Origin: an uncultured Candidatus Saccharibacteria bacterium
Lineage (GTDB): Bacteria; Patescibacteriota; Minisyncoccia; Phycocordibacterales; Phycocordibacteraceae
Assembly (NCBI GenBank): GCA_964593365.1
Contig: CAZQGQ010000001.1
Location: 50,153-114,152, forward strand
Length of the DNA stretch: 64,000 bases
Direction of reading: 5' to 3'
Shown: positions 19,760 to 29,312 of the stretch, in pieces
Position numbering within the stretch: the stretch's first letter is position 1
Layout of the letters: the number at the start of each line of letters is the position of its first letter
Translations under genes and position numbers: made by a program
Notes under the pieces: generated by a model
Told to the model about the DNA's origin: nothing
Databases searched by the model: none
The model's input: the letters and a program-made list of their open reading frames with translations, nothing else

Positions 19760-19845
19760 AGTCTAGTCATCGTATCAAAAAAGGGGAGAGGAGTAAAAGA
19801 AGCGAGGCGGCGAGGACATGAAAGTCCATCGCCGCCTCACGCCGT

Positions 19846-20157
19846 CTAGGCTTCGTCAGGTCCTCGTTTCTCGGACCGGCCCTGGTTGTAGAAGAACGCG
19901 AGCGCCTCCTCAACCAATTCGCCGATGCCATGGTCGCCGCCGTTTATGTTGAGCGCCTCGATGAGCTTTATGAGCGATTCAATCTCATCTTCATCCATGG
20001 TCTCGATAAGTTTCGAGGCCGGGATGATATCGATGAAGTCGATTTCCTCGTCTGCAAGCTCCGCCGCGAGGCGTTTCTTCGAGTGCCCAGGGTAAAACGA
20101 GACCCGGGTGGCCTTTCCGTCTTTGCCGAGAATGACCATCTGTCCTGAACGTGCCAT
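19846..20157 (-). CDS. Small hypothetical acidic protein
   Basis: MARSGQ start preceded by AGGAG; hairpin 19804-19838 downstream. Confidence 0.65.
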   Translation of the reverse strand: MARSGQMVILGKDGKATRVSFYPGHSKKRLAAELADEEIDFIDIIPASKLIETMDEDEIESLIKLIEALNINGGDHGIGELVEEALAFFYNQGRSEKRGPDEA

Positions 20158-20269
20158 GTGTTTGGCTCCTGTGGTTGCCTGTGGCGTGTTGAGACTAAGG
20201 TAGAAGACACGAAGGGTCAAGCAAAACGCCCGCAACGTGTGCGGGCGTTTCATCTATGTATTGTCGCTG

Positions 20270-20467
20270 CTATTCTTGCGTATCAAGTATCTCTTGCTCT
20301 TCTGAAGTGAGATCTCCGTTTTGCGAAATGCGCTCCCCCCATACGTAGAAGGCTCCTACGACAATCAGGATGAGGATGAGCAAAATACCAAGCACGCCGC
20401 CCATCGATGTCTTTGCTTTTGGTGCAGGTGCTGGTGCCTGACTTTCGCTCGGTGTGGTTGGTTCCAT
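20270..20467 (-). CDS. Small single-TM protein
   Basis: SMGGVLGILLILILIVVGAFYVWG, a common Parcubacteria-style TM protein. Confidence 0.7.
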   Translation of the reverse strand: MEPTTPSESQAPAPAPKAKTSMGGVLGILLILILIVVGAFYVWGERISQNGDLTSEEQEILDTQE

Positions 20468-20551
20468 GATCCCTATAGATTACTAGATAAGCGCCGTGTC
20501 TGTCACGCTCCGAGCATCCTTTCACGTCTTAGATGAAGGGCGTATGAGCGT

Positions 20552-21106
20552 CTATGAGCTCTTGTCCGTGGAAGCGAGGTACTTCAAGAGTACTAGCGCG
20601 CTGCGTTCTTCCTGGATAGAGCCGTCGAGACACATCTTCTCTACCGTCGCTCGGTCAAAGGCTTCCACACTTATATCCTCCCCCTCCCCAAGTTCTTGAG
20701 CGGTCTCTTCAAACGCGTCTACTACAAAGTAAAACAAATCCCAGACCACGGTGGTGCCGCAGACCGACCTATGGAAGAACGAAAGCTCTTTCGCATCGAT
20801 GCCAATCTCTTCACGCGCCTCTCGTTTCCCAGCCTCTTTCGCTTCTGCTTGTACATCGAGTCCTCCGGCAAGCGCAGTGGTGTATTCAGTCAGAGTGTCA
20901 AAGACTTTGCCTCCGGGCAGTCGGTAGTCATAGCCGCCTACTTCGTGTCGCTCTTCTTTGGAAAGAAGAATAGTGTCTCCCTTCGGGATAATGAGACGCA
21001 CGCCAGGGCTCCGGCGCGCGCACTCAAATACCATCTGCTTGCCAGCTTGAGTGACGTCGAACTCTACAATCTCAAGTATCTTTCCCTGGTACTTGATCCG
21101 ATCCAT
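20552..21106 (-). CDS. NUDIX hydrolase (ADP-ribose pyrophosphatase-like)
   Basis: LPGGKV...AGKREAREEIG Nudix box with insertion. Confidence 0.85.
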   Translation of the reverse strand: MDRIKYQGKILEIVEFDVTQAGKQMVFECARRSPGVRLIIPKGDTILLSKEERHEVGGYDYRLPGGKVFDTLTEYTTALAGGLDVQAEAKEAGKREAREEIGIDAKELSFFHRSVCGTTVVWDLFYFVVDAFEETAQELGEGEDISVEAFDRATVEKMCLDGSIQEERSALVLLKYLASTDKSS

Positions 21107-21111
21107 GCCGC

Positions 21112-21642
21112 TTATGCGCCTGCCTGCTTCTCGTCGTAGAGCGTTCGTGCGCGATCGAATGCTTCCTGTGCTTCCTTCTTTCCTTTGAATGCTTGGATCA
21201 CGACTTCGTTTCCTTTTCCTTTCAGGTGCTTGTACGTCTCGAAGAAATGCTGGATCTCTTTCAAGGTGTGCTTGTTGATGTCGCTAATATCCTGCACATC
21301 ATCCCAACGCTTGTCGTTCACCGGGACACCGATGATCTTGAAATCATTCTCTCCCGTGTCGATCATTTCCATGAGCGCGACAGGACGCACTTTGACGAGG
21401 ATACCGGGAAGGATAGGGAAGGTCGCAAGCACCAAGACATCGATCGCGTCTCCATCATCCCAATGGGTCTGCGGCACGAAGCCGTACTCGCATGGGTATG
21501 CGGCAGCTGAGTAGTTGGCGCGATCAAGCGCGATCAATCCGGTCTCCTTATCGATTTCGTACTTGTTTGATGAGCCCTTCGGGACTTCGACGATGACGTT
21601 GATCTCATCGCGCGTACCGGGAGCAATGTCGTAGAGTTTCAT
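21112..21642 (-). CDS. ppa: Inorganic pyrophosphatase, family I
   Basis: NKYEIDK, YGFVPQT, DDGDAIDV, HFFETYK. Confidence 0.96.
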   Translation of the reverse strand: MKLYDIAPGTRDEINVIVEVPKGSSNKYEIDKETGLIALDRANYSAAAYPCEYGFVPQTHWDDGDAIDVLVLATFPILPGILVKVRPVALMEMIDTGENDFKIIGVPVNDKRWDDVQDISDINKHTLKEIQHFFETYKHLKGKGNEVVIQAFKGKKEAQEAFDRARTLYDEKQAGA

Positions 21643-21657
21643 GCTGGTGTAAGGATA

Positions 21658-22992
21658 CTATGCCTCGTCGCGTGATTCTTTGGAATCAACAACTGGCTCG
21701 TTCTCGTCAGTGCGCGTCGTCTCCTCTTCTGCAGAGAGAGTCGTCGGTGCTTCTTTCACCTCCTCCACGATCTCAGACGGAGTCTCAGTTGGAGCAACTC
21801 CTGCCTCAGGGGCAGCGCTGTCTCCTGCGGTCTCGTCTGGGGCTCCGGTTGCGGCAGCTTCCGTCTTCTCGCCTCCTAGGGACATGATGTCGATGTTCCA
21901 GCCGGTAAGCTTTGCGGCAAGGCGGACGTTCTGTCCTCCGCGGCCAATCGCCAATGACTGCTGATCTTCAGAGACGGTCACCGTTGCACGGCGCTCTGCC
22001 TCATCAAGCACGACGTCGATCACCGTTGCAGGCGAAAGGGATTCTTTAACAAAGGCGCTCTGGTCTTCAGACCACTCGATGATGTCGATGCGCTCTCCGC
22101 CGATCTCGCTCATGACGGTCGAGACGCGTACGCCGCGCTGGCCGACAAGGGAACCGACTGGATCTACATGCGGCTCAAGGGAAGCGATCGCGATCTTCGT
22201 GCGGCTTCCAGGCTCTCGCGCGATGTTCTTGACTTCAAGCGCTCCTGAAGCAAGTTCAGGTGCTTCCATCTCAAACAATTTCACGACGAACTTCGGGTTT
22301 GCGCGTGAGAGGCGAAGATAGACGCCACGGAATCCTTCATCCACTGCGCCTAGGTATGCGCGGATGCGCTCTCCTGGTCGGAAGCGCTCTCCAGGAATCT
22401 GTTCCTCGTAAGGAATCACGCCTGTTGCGCGTCCAAGGTCAACGTAGAGCGATCCTCGCTCTGCGCGCTGGACGATACCGGAGACGATCTCTCCGCGCTT
22501 GGTACCGAATTCATCCAAAATAGAAAGCTTTTCCGCCTCGCGGATCTTCTGGATAACGACCTGCTTCGCGGTCTGTGCTGCAATGCGGCCGAAATCATCC
22601 TGCGGCTCAAGCGGGAAGACGAGTTCGCTTCCAAGCTCTGCGTCTCGCTTGATGCGGCGCGCGTCCTCAAGGAGGATGTGCTTCTCAGCGTCATAGCGGG
22701 GGAGTTCTCCCTCAGGAGTTTCCTCTTCGCGGTGCGGGTGAGCAGACTCTTCAATTTCCTCGTCCTCAACAAAGCGCACCATGGTCTCGTCGACGACGGT
22801 CTTTACCTGCTCGAAGGAAATGGTGCCGGTGCCCATATCAAGCTTGGCGCGAACGACCTGCCCGCGCTTGCCGTACTCTTTCTTGTACGCGGTTGCCATC
22901 GCCGCCTCAATGGCGTCGATCATGGTCTCTTTGGTAATGCCTCGTTCTTCGAACTCGCCGAGAACTGATTGGATTGTTTTAAGGTCTAGCAT
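21658..22992 (-). CDS. nusA: Transcription factor NusA
   Basis: FGRIAAQTAKQV, AREPGSRTK, AIGRGGQNVRLAAKLTGW; start MLDLK. Confidence 0.96.
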   Translation of the reverse strand: MLDLKTIQSVLGEFEERGITKETMIDAIEAAMATAYKKEYGKRGQVVRAKLDMGTGTISFEQVKTVVDETMVRFVEDEEIEESAHPHREEETPEGELPRYDAEKHILLEDARRIKRDAELGSELVFPLEPQDDFGRIAAQTAKQVVIQKIREAEKLSILDEFGTKRGEIVSGIVQRAERGSLYVDLGRATGVIPYEEQIPGERFRPGERIRAYLGAVDEGFRGVYLRLSRANPKFVVKLFEMEAPELASGALEVKNIAREPGSRTKIAIASLEPHVDPVGSLVGQRGVRVSTVMSEIGGERIDIIEWSEDQSAFVKESLSPATVIDVVLDEAERRATVTVSEDQQSLAIGRGGQNVRLAAKLTGWNIDIMSLGGEKTEAAATGAPDETAGDSAAPEAGVAPTETPSEIVEEVKEAPTTLSAEEETTRTDENEPVVDSKESRDEA

Positions 22993-23158
22993 ATGGAATA
23001 TGTATGTCTCGCTAAAAAGAAATGCCCGCGGGGGCGGACATCTCGGGTAGGGAAAGCTTACTATATAAGGACGAAGTGTCAATGAAGATGGCCTAGATAC
23101 AAGCAGAGCGCAGCCTAAGCCACGCTCTACCCGTTCCATTTCTTTTCGTTTCTTTGGC

Positions 23159-23437
23159 TTACGCCGTGAGGATGGCCCCGCCCATGCAAACCAGGGCGAT
23201 TAGCGCGACGCCCATGGCGGTGACCCAGCCCCACGATTTCATAATCGTGAAGACAGCCACCAGGACGAAGGCGAGGACGCCGAGCAGAACTGCGATGCGG
23301 TACTCGAACCCCGACTCACCCAAAGGCGAGTTGTTGAGGTACTGGCCGAAAAGTGCGACCAGGAGCACCGCGCCACCTGCAAGGACGAGGGAGCCAAATA
23401 CTTTGAAAATACGCGGAACAGGGATGGGGTTAGCCAT
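23159..23437 (-). CDS. Small 3-TM membrane protein
   Basis: MANPIPVP start with AAGGAGG 9 nt upstream; three hydrophobic segments. Confidence 0.65.
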   Translation of the reverse strand: MANPIPVPRIFKVFGSLVLAGGAVLLVALFGQYLNNSPLGESGFEYRIAVLLGVLAFVLVAVFTIMKSWGWVTAMGVALIALVCMGGAILTA

Positions 23438-23569
23438 CGTTTCGGGCCTCCTTTCAGGTCCCTTATGCAGCACCATGCGACAACAAGTAGCCGATGTCAA
23501 ATGACTCACTGCTTGCGAATCTCGTACTGGCGGTGTTGTATGAAGAAACGGCCTTGGAGGGGGCCAACC

Positions 23570-23722
23570 ATGAATAGACTCCTCACTGCTCTGCTGCTGT
23601 GCGCGAGCTTGCTCGCTTGCAGTGGCCCAGCTCAAGAAGCGGAAGCAGCACCTGAACCGGCTCAAGTCCAAGACGACGCCCAACCAAAGGGGCCGCGATA
23701 CGGGCACGATTCGGACCTGTAA
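23570..23722 (+). CDS. Small putative lipoprotein (50 aa)
   Basis: MNRLLTALLLCASLLAC-SGP lipobox-like; GGAGG upstream. Confidence 0.6.
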   Translation: MNRLLTALLLCASLLACSGPAQEAEAAPEPAQVQDDAQPKGPRYGHDSDL

Positions 23723-23844
23723 GTCAGGAAGCTGTGACTGAAAATAGAGCGAAGTGTCCCCGGCTGTAGCGATACACCCGGGGCGCTTTTCTTTTCCACG
23801 CATAGAGCACTATTTATGCATGAGCACGCTATACTTTAGCGAGC

Positions 23845-25596
23845 ATGCAGGTCTCTGAGAAAGAATTGAAGGAATTTATCCTCGACTCGGGGCTCGTCTC
23901 CCGCAAGGATGTCGAGGCCGCAACGGAGGAGGGCGAGAAGCGCAAACAATCGGTGGGCGATATCTTGGTTTCTAACGGATCTCTCACTTCCGACGCACTC
24001 CGCCGCATCAAGGCGTACGTGCTCGGGATCCCGTTCGTGAACCTCAAAGACAAGAAGGTGCCGCTTGATGTGCTCGTACTGATTCCTGAGCCGATCGCGC
24101 GCACGCACAACATCATCGCGTTTCGCAAAGATGAGGGATCGCTCGAGGTCGCGATGCTTGATACGGAAGACCTTCCTGCAATCGACTCGGTCGCGAAGAA
24201 AACGCGTCTCAAGATTCTGCCGCGCCTTACAGACGAAGACTCGATCAAGAACGCGCTCCTGCAATATCAAAAATCACTCAAGGAAGAGTTCGGCGACTTA
24301 ATCGCAACGGAAGCGGGGAAGATTAGTCTCGTGAAAGAAGGTGCGCCAGGAGACGACGCTTCGCACGACGAGCTTAAGAAGATGGCGGAGGACCTGCCGA
24401 TCGTGCGCATCGTCGACACTCTTTTGAAGCACGCGATTACCCAAGGCGCGTCTGATATTCATGTGGAGCCGATGGAGCATGAGACCTTGGTGCGCTACCG
24501 CATCGACGGCATCTTGCACGACGCGATGACCCTTCCCAAGCTCGCGGCTCCTGGGCTTACTGCTCGCATCAAGGTGCTTGCGAACCTGAAGCTTGATGAG
24601 AAGCGCCTTCCTCAGGACGGCCGCTTCAAGATGGAAACGGAAACCGACAAAGTGTCGTTTCGCGTTTCGCTTCTTCCAACCTACTTTGGCGAGAAGATCG
24701 TCATGCGCTTGCTCCGAGAAACAGGAGAAGGCTTCACGCTCGAAGCACTTGGCTTCCATGGCGACGGGCTCGAACATCTGCATAAGGCGACGAAGGCAAC
24801 GACAGGCATCATCCTCATCTCAGGCCCTACGGGTTCCGGAAAGACGACGACCCTCTATACGATTCTCGATATTTTGAATACGCCTGACGTGAACATCTCG
24901 ACGATCGAAGATCCGATCGAATACCAGATGAAGCGCGTCAACCAAACGCAGGTGAATCCTGTGATCGGCTTCACTTTTGCAAACGGCCTTCGCTCGTTAG
25001 TTCGCCAGGACCCGGACATCATCATGGTGGGAGAGATTCGCGACGGAGAAACAGCCTCGCTTGCTATCAACGCGGCGCTTACTGGCCACCTCGTGCTCTC
25101 GACCATTCACACCAACTCAGCTTCAGGCGCCATTCCTCGCCTTATCGACATGGGCGTCGAGCCGTTCCTTCTCGTTTCCACGCTTCGCGTCATCGTAGGA
25201 CAGCGCCTGGTGCGACGTCTCTCAGACAATAAAGAGGAGTACACACTCACCAAGGCCGCCAAGGAAAAGATTGCAGGCGAAGACCATTTTGATGCAGCGC
25301 TCAAAGCGCTTATCGACGAGAAGCTCGTTAAGTCAGGCGGGAAGATCGAATCAGTGCCGTTCCATCATCCGAAAGTGGAAGGGGATGAGGACGGATACAA
25401 GAGCCGTATCGGCATCCATGAAGTGCTCCCGGTTTCCTCAGCGATCAAGGAAACTATTATTAAGGGAGGAACCGCAGACGCTATCGAAGCGCAGGCACGA
25501 AAGGAAGGCATGCTCACCATGCTCGAGGACGGAATCTATAAGAGCGCCAAGGGAGTCACCTCGCTTGAAGAAGTGCTCCGTGCCGTTTCAGAGTAG
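23845..25596 (+). CDS. pilB: Type IV pilus assembly ATPase (PilB/GspE)
   Basis: ASDIHVEP, RLPQDGRF, GPTGSGKTTTLY, RQDPDIIMVGEIRD, TGHLVLST. Confidence 0.95.
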   Translation: MQVSEKELKEFILDSGLVSRKDVEAATEEGEKRKQSVGDILVSNGSLTSDALRRIKAYVLGIPFVNLKDKKVPLDVLVLIPEPIARTHNIIAFRKDEGSLEVAMLDTEDLPAIDSVAKKTRLKILPRLTDEDSIKNALLQYQKSLKEEFGDLIATEAGKISLVKEGAPGDDASHDELKKMAEDLPIVRIVDTLLKHAITQGASDIHVEPMEHETLVRYRIDGILHDAMTLPKLAAPGLTARIKVLANLKLDEKRLPQDGRFKMETETDKVSFRVSLLPTYFGEKIVMRLLRETGEGFTLEALGFHGDGLEHLHKATKATTGIILISGPTGSGKTTTLYTILDILNTPDVNISTIEDPIEYQMKRVNQTQVNPVIGFTFANGLRSLVRQDPDIIMVGEIRDGETASLAINAALTGHLVLSTIHTNSASGAIPRLIDMGVEPFLLVSTLRVIVGQRLVRRLSDNKEEYTLTKAAKEKIAGEDHFDAALKALIDEKLVKSGGKIESVPFHHPKVEGDEDGYKSRIGIHEVLPVSSAIKETIIKGGTADAIEAQARKEGMLTMLEDGIYKSAKGVTSLEEVLRAVSE

Positions 25597-25664
25597 CATT
25601 GACTTTTCTGTGATTTAGCTTATTATTTATTCGCCGCACCGACGCGGTGTTTTAGGGGGCTGTC

Positions 25665-25928
25665 ATGGCTTTCCGTTCATTGATTCTCGTCACTCTCGCC
25701 GCTATTAGTCTTGCTGCATGTGGTCAAGGTCAGGCTGAAGAGCCTGATCCGCTGGTTGCTGGGACGTATCGGTTCGAAGAAGAGACTTCGCCGGCGGTCG
25801 TGAAGTGGAACAACGGTGTTCTCTTCGCGACCTGCCCGGCGGGCTTTCACTTCGAACCGATGTCGTCTTGGCGCGGACAGCAACGCATGGAATGCAAGGT
25901 GAACCCGGCGCCGAGTGACGGCGAATAA
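25665..25928 (+). CDS. Small putative lipoprotein inserted between pilB and pilC
   Basis: ISLAAC lipobox; Cys pair CPAGF...MECK; own TTGACT-16-TATTAT promoter and AGGGGG RBS. Confidence 0.65.
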   Translation: MAFRSLILVTLAAISLAACGQGQAEEPDPLVAGTYRFEEETSPAVVKWNNGVLFATCPAGFHFEPMSSWRGQQRMECKVNPAPSDGE

Positions 25929-26009
25929 TCGTCGGCAGGGCCTGTGCGCGAATCGACTTCGGTCGAGGAGCGTGCAGGCCTTCGCTATTTGCATGCTAAG
26001 ATTTTGTTA

Positions 26010-27224
26010 GTGAAATTCCGCGTCACACTCAAGAAAGAAGACGGCAGCGATGAGAAGCGCGTCGTTGAGGCGGCGTCTCGTTTTGCGGTCTATGCCGATA
26101 TGGAAAAGGAAGGAGCAACAGTGCTTGCTCTTGAGGAGGGAGGCAAGGGACTTGCGATGCCCGCTTTTCTTTCAGTGAACATCACAAGTGGCATCAAGAC
26201 CGAGGACAAGATCACGTTCACTAAGAACCTTGCAGCCATGCTTACGGCAGGCCTCACTCTTTCTCGTGCGCTTTCCGTCATCGAGCGGCAGTCCTCCAAG
26301 AAGGGGCTCAAGAAGATCGTCATCGACCTTGAGAGCGAAGTGCGCAAGGGAACCGCGTTCCATGAGGCGCTTGCACGGCACCGGGGCGTCTTCTCGAATA
26401 TTTTCATAGCGATGACCAAGTCCGGAGAAGAATCCGGCACGCTCGCTGATTCGCTTAAAGTGGTCGCCAAGCAGATGGAGCGGGCACACACGCTCTCCAA
26501 GAAGATACGCAGCGCGATGATCTATCCGTCGATCATCATGTTCGCGATCGTCATCATCGGTATTCTCATGATGATCTACGTGGTCCCGACGCTCTCGGCG
26601 ACCTTCAAGGCGCTTGGCGTTGAGCTCCCGGCCGCAACTCGGGCGATTATTGGGACCTCGGACTTCATGGCAAACAACGTGATATTCGTCTTTGGTATCT
26701 TGATTGCGGTGACCGCAGTTCTCTTCTTTTTCCTTCGATCGAAAATTGGCGCAAACCTTGTCTTGATGGCGGCGCTTCGCATGCCCGTTATCGGGAACTT
26801 GGTTCGAGAAACCATGAGCGCGCGCGTCGCTCGTGCTCTTTCCTCGCTCCTCTCATCAGGCGTTGAGATGCTCTCCGCGATTGCCATTGCCGAGGAAGTG
26901 GTTGGAGACAATCCTTTTGGAAAGGTGGTTCGAGAAGCTGGCGTGCGCGTCAAGAAGGGAGAGCCGCTCTCTGCTCCCTTTATGGAAAAGACAAAACTGT
27001 ATCCGGTTCTCGTTGGCGACATGATTGCCGTTGGAGAAGAGACCGGGCGCGTCGCGGAGATGCTTTCGCAGGTTGCCGAATACTATGAAAACGATGTGGA
27101 AGAGGGAACCAAAGACCTCTCGACCATCATCGAACCTATTTTGATGCTCGTTATCGGTGGGGCCGTAGGCGTATTTGCTGTTTCGATGATCTCTCCGATC
27201 TACTCGCTCTCCTCCCACATCTAA
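26010..27224 (+). CDS. pilC: Type IV pilus platform protein (PilC/GspF)
   Basis: GEESGTL, SAMIYP, VGEETG, IIEPI; GTG start 7 nt after TAAGAT. Confidence 0.93.
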   Translation: MKFRVTLKKEDGSDEKRVVEAASRFAVYADMEKEGATVLALEEGGKGLAMPAFLSVNITSGIKTEDKITFTKNLAAMLTAGLTLSRALSVIERQSSKKGLKKIVIDLESEVRKGTAFHEALARHRGVFSNIFIAMTKSGEESGTLADSLKVVAKQMERAHTLSKKIRSAMIYPSIIMFAIVIIGILMMIYVVPTLSATFKALGVELPAATRAIIGTSDFMANNVIFVFGILIAVTAVLFFFLRSKIGANLVLMAALRMPVIGNLVRETMSARVARALSSLLSSGVEMLSAIAIAEEVVGDNPFGKVVREAGVRVKKGEPLSAPFMEKTKLYPVLVGDMIAVGEETGRVAEMLSQVAEYYENDVEEGTKDLSTIIEPILMLVIGGAVGVFAVSMISPIYSLSSHI

Positions 27225-27260
27225 GCAGGTACGCAGGTGCGTGGCTGGTAGAATGGTTGC

Positions 27261-28730
27261 ATGCGTTCCTTGCGAGGAGTCTCACTAGTCGATGTTGTCG
27301 TTGGCTCGGCGCTCGTCCTTATTATTTTCGTCGGTCTCTTTGGTATATTGCGCGCGTCTCTTGAGATCGCGGGACTCGTGCGCGCGAAAGCTGCAGCAAC
27401 CGCAATCGCAAGCTCGCAGCTTGAGTACGTGCGATCCCTTTCCTACGCTTCAGTCGGGACCGTGGGTGGTATCCCGGCCGGCATCATCCCGCAGGTGACG
27501 AGCGTCCAGCAGGCAGGAACCGATTTCGTACTTCGTACCTTTGTTTCCTATGTCGACAGCCCCAAAGATGGAAGCGGGGCAGCCGACGTGAACCACATCA
27601 CCACCGACTATAAGGCGGTCAGAATAAACGTTTCCTACTATCTAAACGGATTCTCGCGAGAAGTCACTTTGCTTTCAACCGCGTCGCCTCCTGGCATCGA
27701 GACGACGACCGGGGGAGGAACCCTGCAGATCCGCACGGTCGATGCGCTTGGCGTTGCGGTCCCTGGCGCAACCGTTCGCATACAAAACTCGTCGACCACG
27801 CCCGCGATCGATCTCTCGGCGTTCTCCAATATCGACGGCACGGTTTTGCTTGGCGGAGCGCCAACCTCAACCCAATACCGCATCTTGGTCTCGAAGGACG
27901 GATATTCTTCCGCGCAGACGTATCTGAGAGATACGACAAACCAGAACCCGACGCCAGGGTATCTGACTGTCGCAGCCTCCCAGACGACGACAGGAACATT
28001 TGCCATTGATCGCCTCGCAACCTTACTTGTGCGCACCTTCGCTCCTATCGTTCCGGGAGCATTCACCGATTCCTTTGCAGATGCCACAAAGATTGATTCG
28101 CTCCAAAGCGTAACGGTTTCTGGAAGCCAGCTTGCGCTAACGCAGTCGGGCGAGCCGGCAGCGTACGCCCTTAACGGAAGCGCGCTCTCAACAACGGCTG
28201 CTCCCGCTTATCTTGCGACCTGGGTGAATGCAAGCTCAACACGCTCGACGCCAGCTGGCACCACGGCGAGGATCCACGTGGCAGATGGCAACGGAAATCT
28301 CCTTCCGGATGCGGTGCTCGCAGGCAATAGCACGGGTTTCACTGGCGTTATCAATCTTTCAGCAATTTCGACAACGACCTATCCTGCACTCTCCTTGCAG
28401 GCATCGCTTTCGACCACTAACCCGCTTGCGACCCCTGCGGTTTTGGATTGGGGTCTTGGTTACACCTATGGTCCTACTCCACTTCCGAACGTTTCATTCA
28501 CGCTTACCGGAGGGAAGACCATAGGCTCGACGGGAACGGGCGCTCCTATATATAAGACAGTGGTCGCAACCACAACCGACGAGACAGGAGTACGTGAGCT
28601 CTCGCTTGAATGGGATTCCTACCAGCTTCTCGTGCCAGGCCGCACGATACAGACGGCGACTCCAGAAGCGCCTTATGAGCTCCTGCCAGCCTCTGAAGTA
28701 GATGCATCCATTATCTTCACTACGCCATGA
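27261..28730 (+). CDS. Minor pilin-like protein with carboxypeptidase-regulatory-like/Ig domains
   Basis: Class III signal RGVSLVDVVV (D at +5); VDALGVAVPGATVRI...SKDGY. Confidence 0.8.
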   Translation: MRSLRGVSLVDVVVGSALVLIIFVGLFGILRASLEIAGLVRAKAAATAIASSQLEYVRSLSYASVGTVGGIPAGIIPQVTSVQQAGTDFVLRTFVSYVDSPKDGSGAADVNHITTDYKAVRINVSYYLNGFSREVTLLSTASPPGIETTTGGGTLQIRTVDALGVAVPGATVRIQNSSTTPAIDLSAFSNIDGTVLLGGAPTSTQYRILVSKDGYSSAQTYLRDTTNQNPTPGYLTVAASQTTTGTFAIDRLATLLVRTFAPIVPGAFTDSFADATKIDSLQSVTVSGSQLALTQSGEPAAYALNGSALSTTAAPAYLATWVNASSTRSTPAGTTARIHVADGNGNLLPDAVLAGNSTGFTGVINLSAISTTTYPALSLQASLSTTNPLATPAVLDWGLGYTYGPTPLPNVSFTLTGGKTIGSTGTGAPIYKTVVATTTDETGVRELSLEWDSYQLLVPGRTIQTATPEAPYELLPASEVDASIIFTTP

Positions 28731-29311
28731 GGGGCTTCACCTTAGTCGAGAGCATGGTCGTGGTAGCGCTGACGGCGCTCGTCACCGGAGCGCTCCTCTC
28801 TGCGATCCAGGTCTTTTACCGCGGGAACGCATACGTGTTCGAGTCAGCGGTCTCTGTCGATAGCGCTCGGCGCGGCCTCACGACAGCGCTCCAGAACCTC
28901 CGGGAAGCGTCCTATTCAGATGACGGAGCGTATCCGATTACCGCAGCGGCAACCTCGACCGTTACGTTCTATTCTGACGTTGACTCAGACGGCGGCATGG
29001 AGCGCGTACGCATCTTCATCCAGGACAATGTGCTCTACCGCGTGGTGACAAACTCGGCCGGCAATCCTCCGTCCTACGCGGGGCAAGCAGGAGCGACGAC
29101 TACGATTGTCGCTAACGTGCGTAACGGCACCACGACTCCCTTGTTCCGGTACTTCAACTCATCGGGCGTAGCGCTTGCGACGACTTCCCCTGACATTTCT
29201 CAGGTATCATCAGTAACAGCGACGCTTATGATCGACCTGAACCCCAACCGGGCGCCTAACGTCCTCACGCTCACCGGAAGCGCGACGCTTCGTAACCTTC
29301 GCGACAACTAA
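28727..29311 (+). CDS. Minor pilin (PilW/GspJ-like)
   Basis: MRGFTLVES prepilin motif; C-terminal LRN. Confidence 0.85.
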   Translation: MRGFTLVESMVVVALTALVTGALLSAIQVFYRGNAYVFESAVSVDSARRGLTTALQNLREASYSDDGAYPITAAATSTVTFYSDVDSDGGMERVRIFIQDNVLYRVVTNSAGNPPSYAGQAGATTTIVANVRNGTTTPLFRYFNSSGVALATTSPDISQVSSVTATLMIDLNPNRAPNVLTLTGSATLRNLRDN

Positions 29312-29312
29312 T

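Noticed and set aside
23465-23803. Long N-terminal extensions of the 214-aa and 85-aa ORFs, and similar extensions of nusA, sod, rpsL, livG and several SBPs
   Set aside because: Downstream starts fit family N-termini, and often an RBS or -10 box, better.
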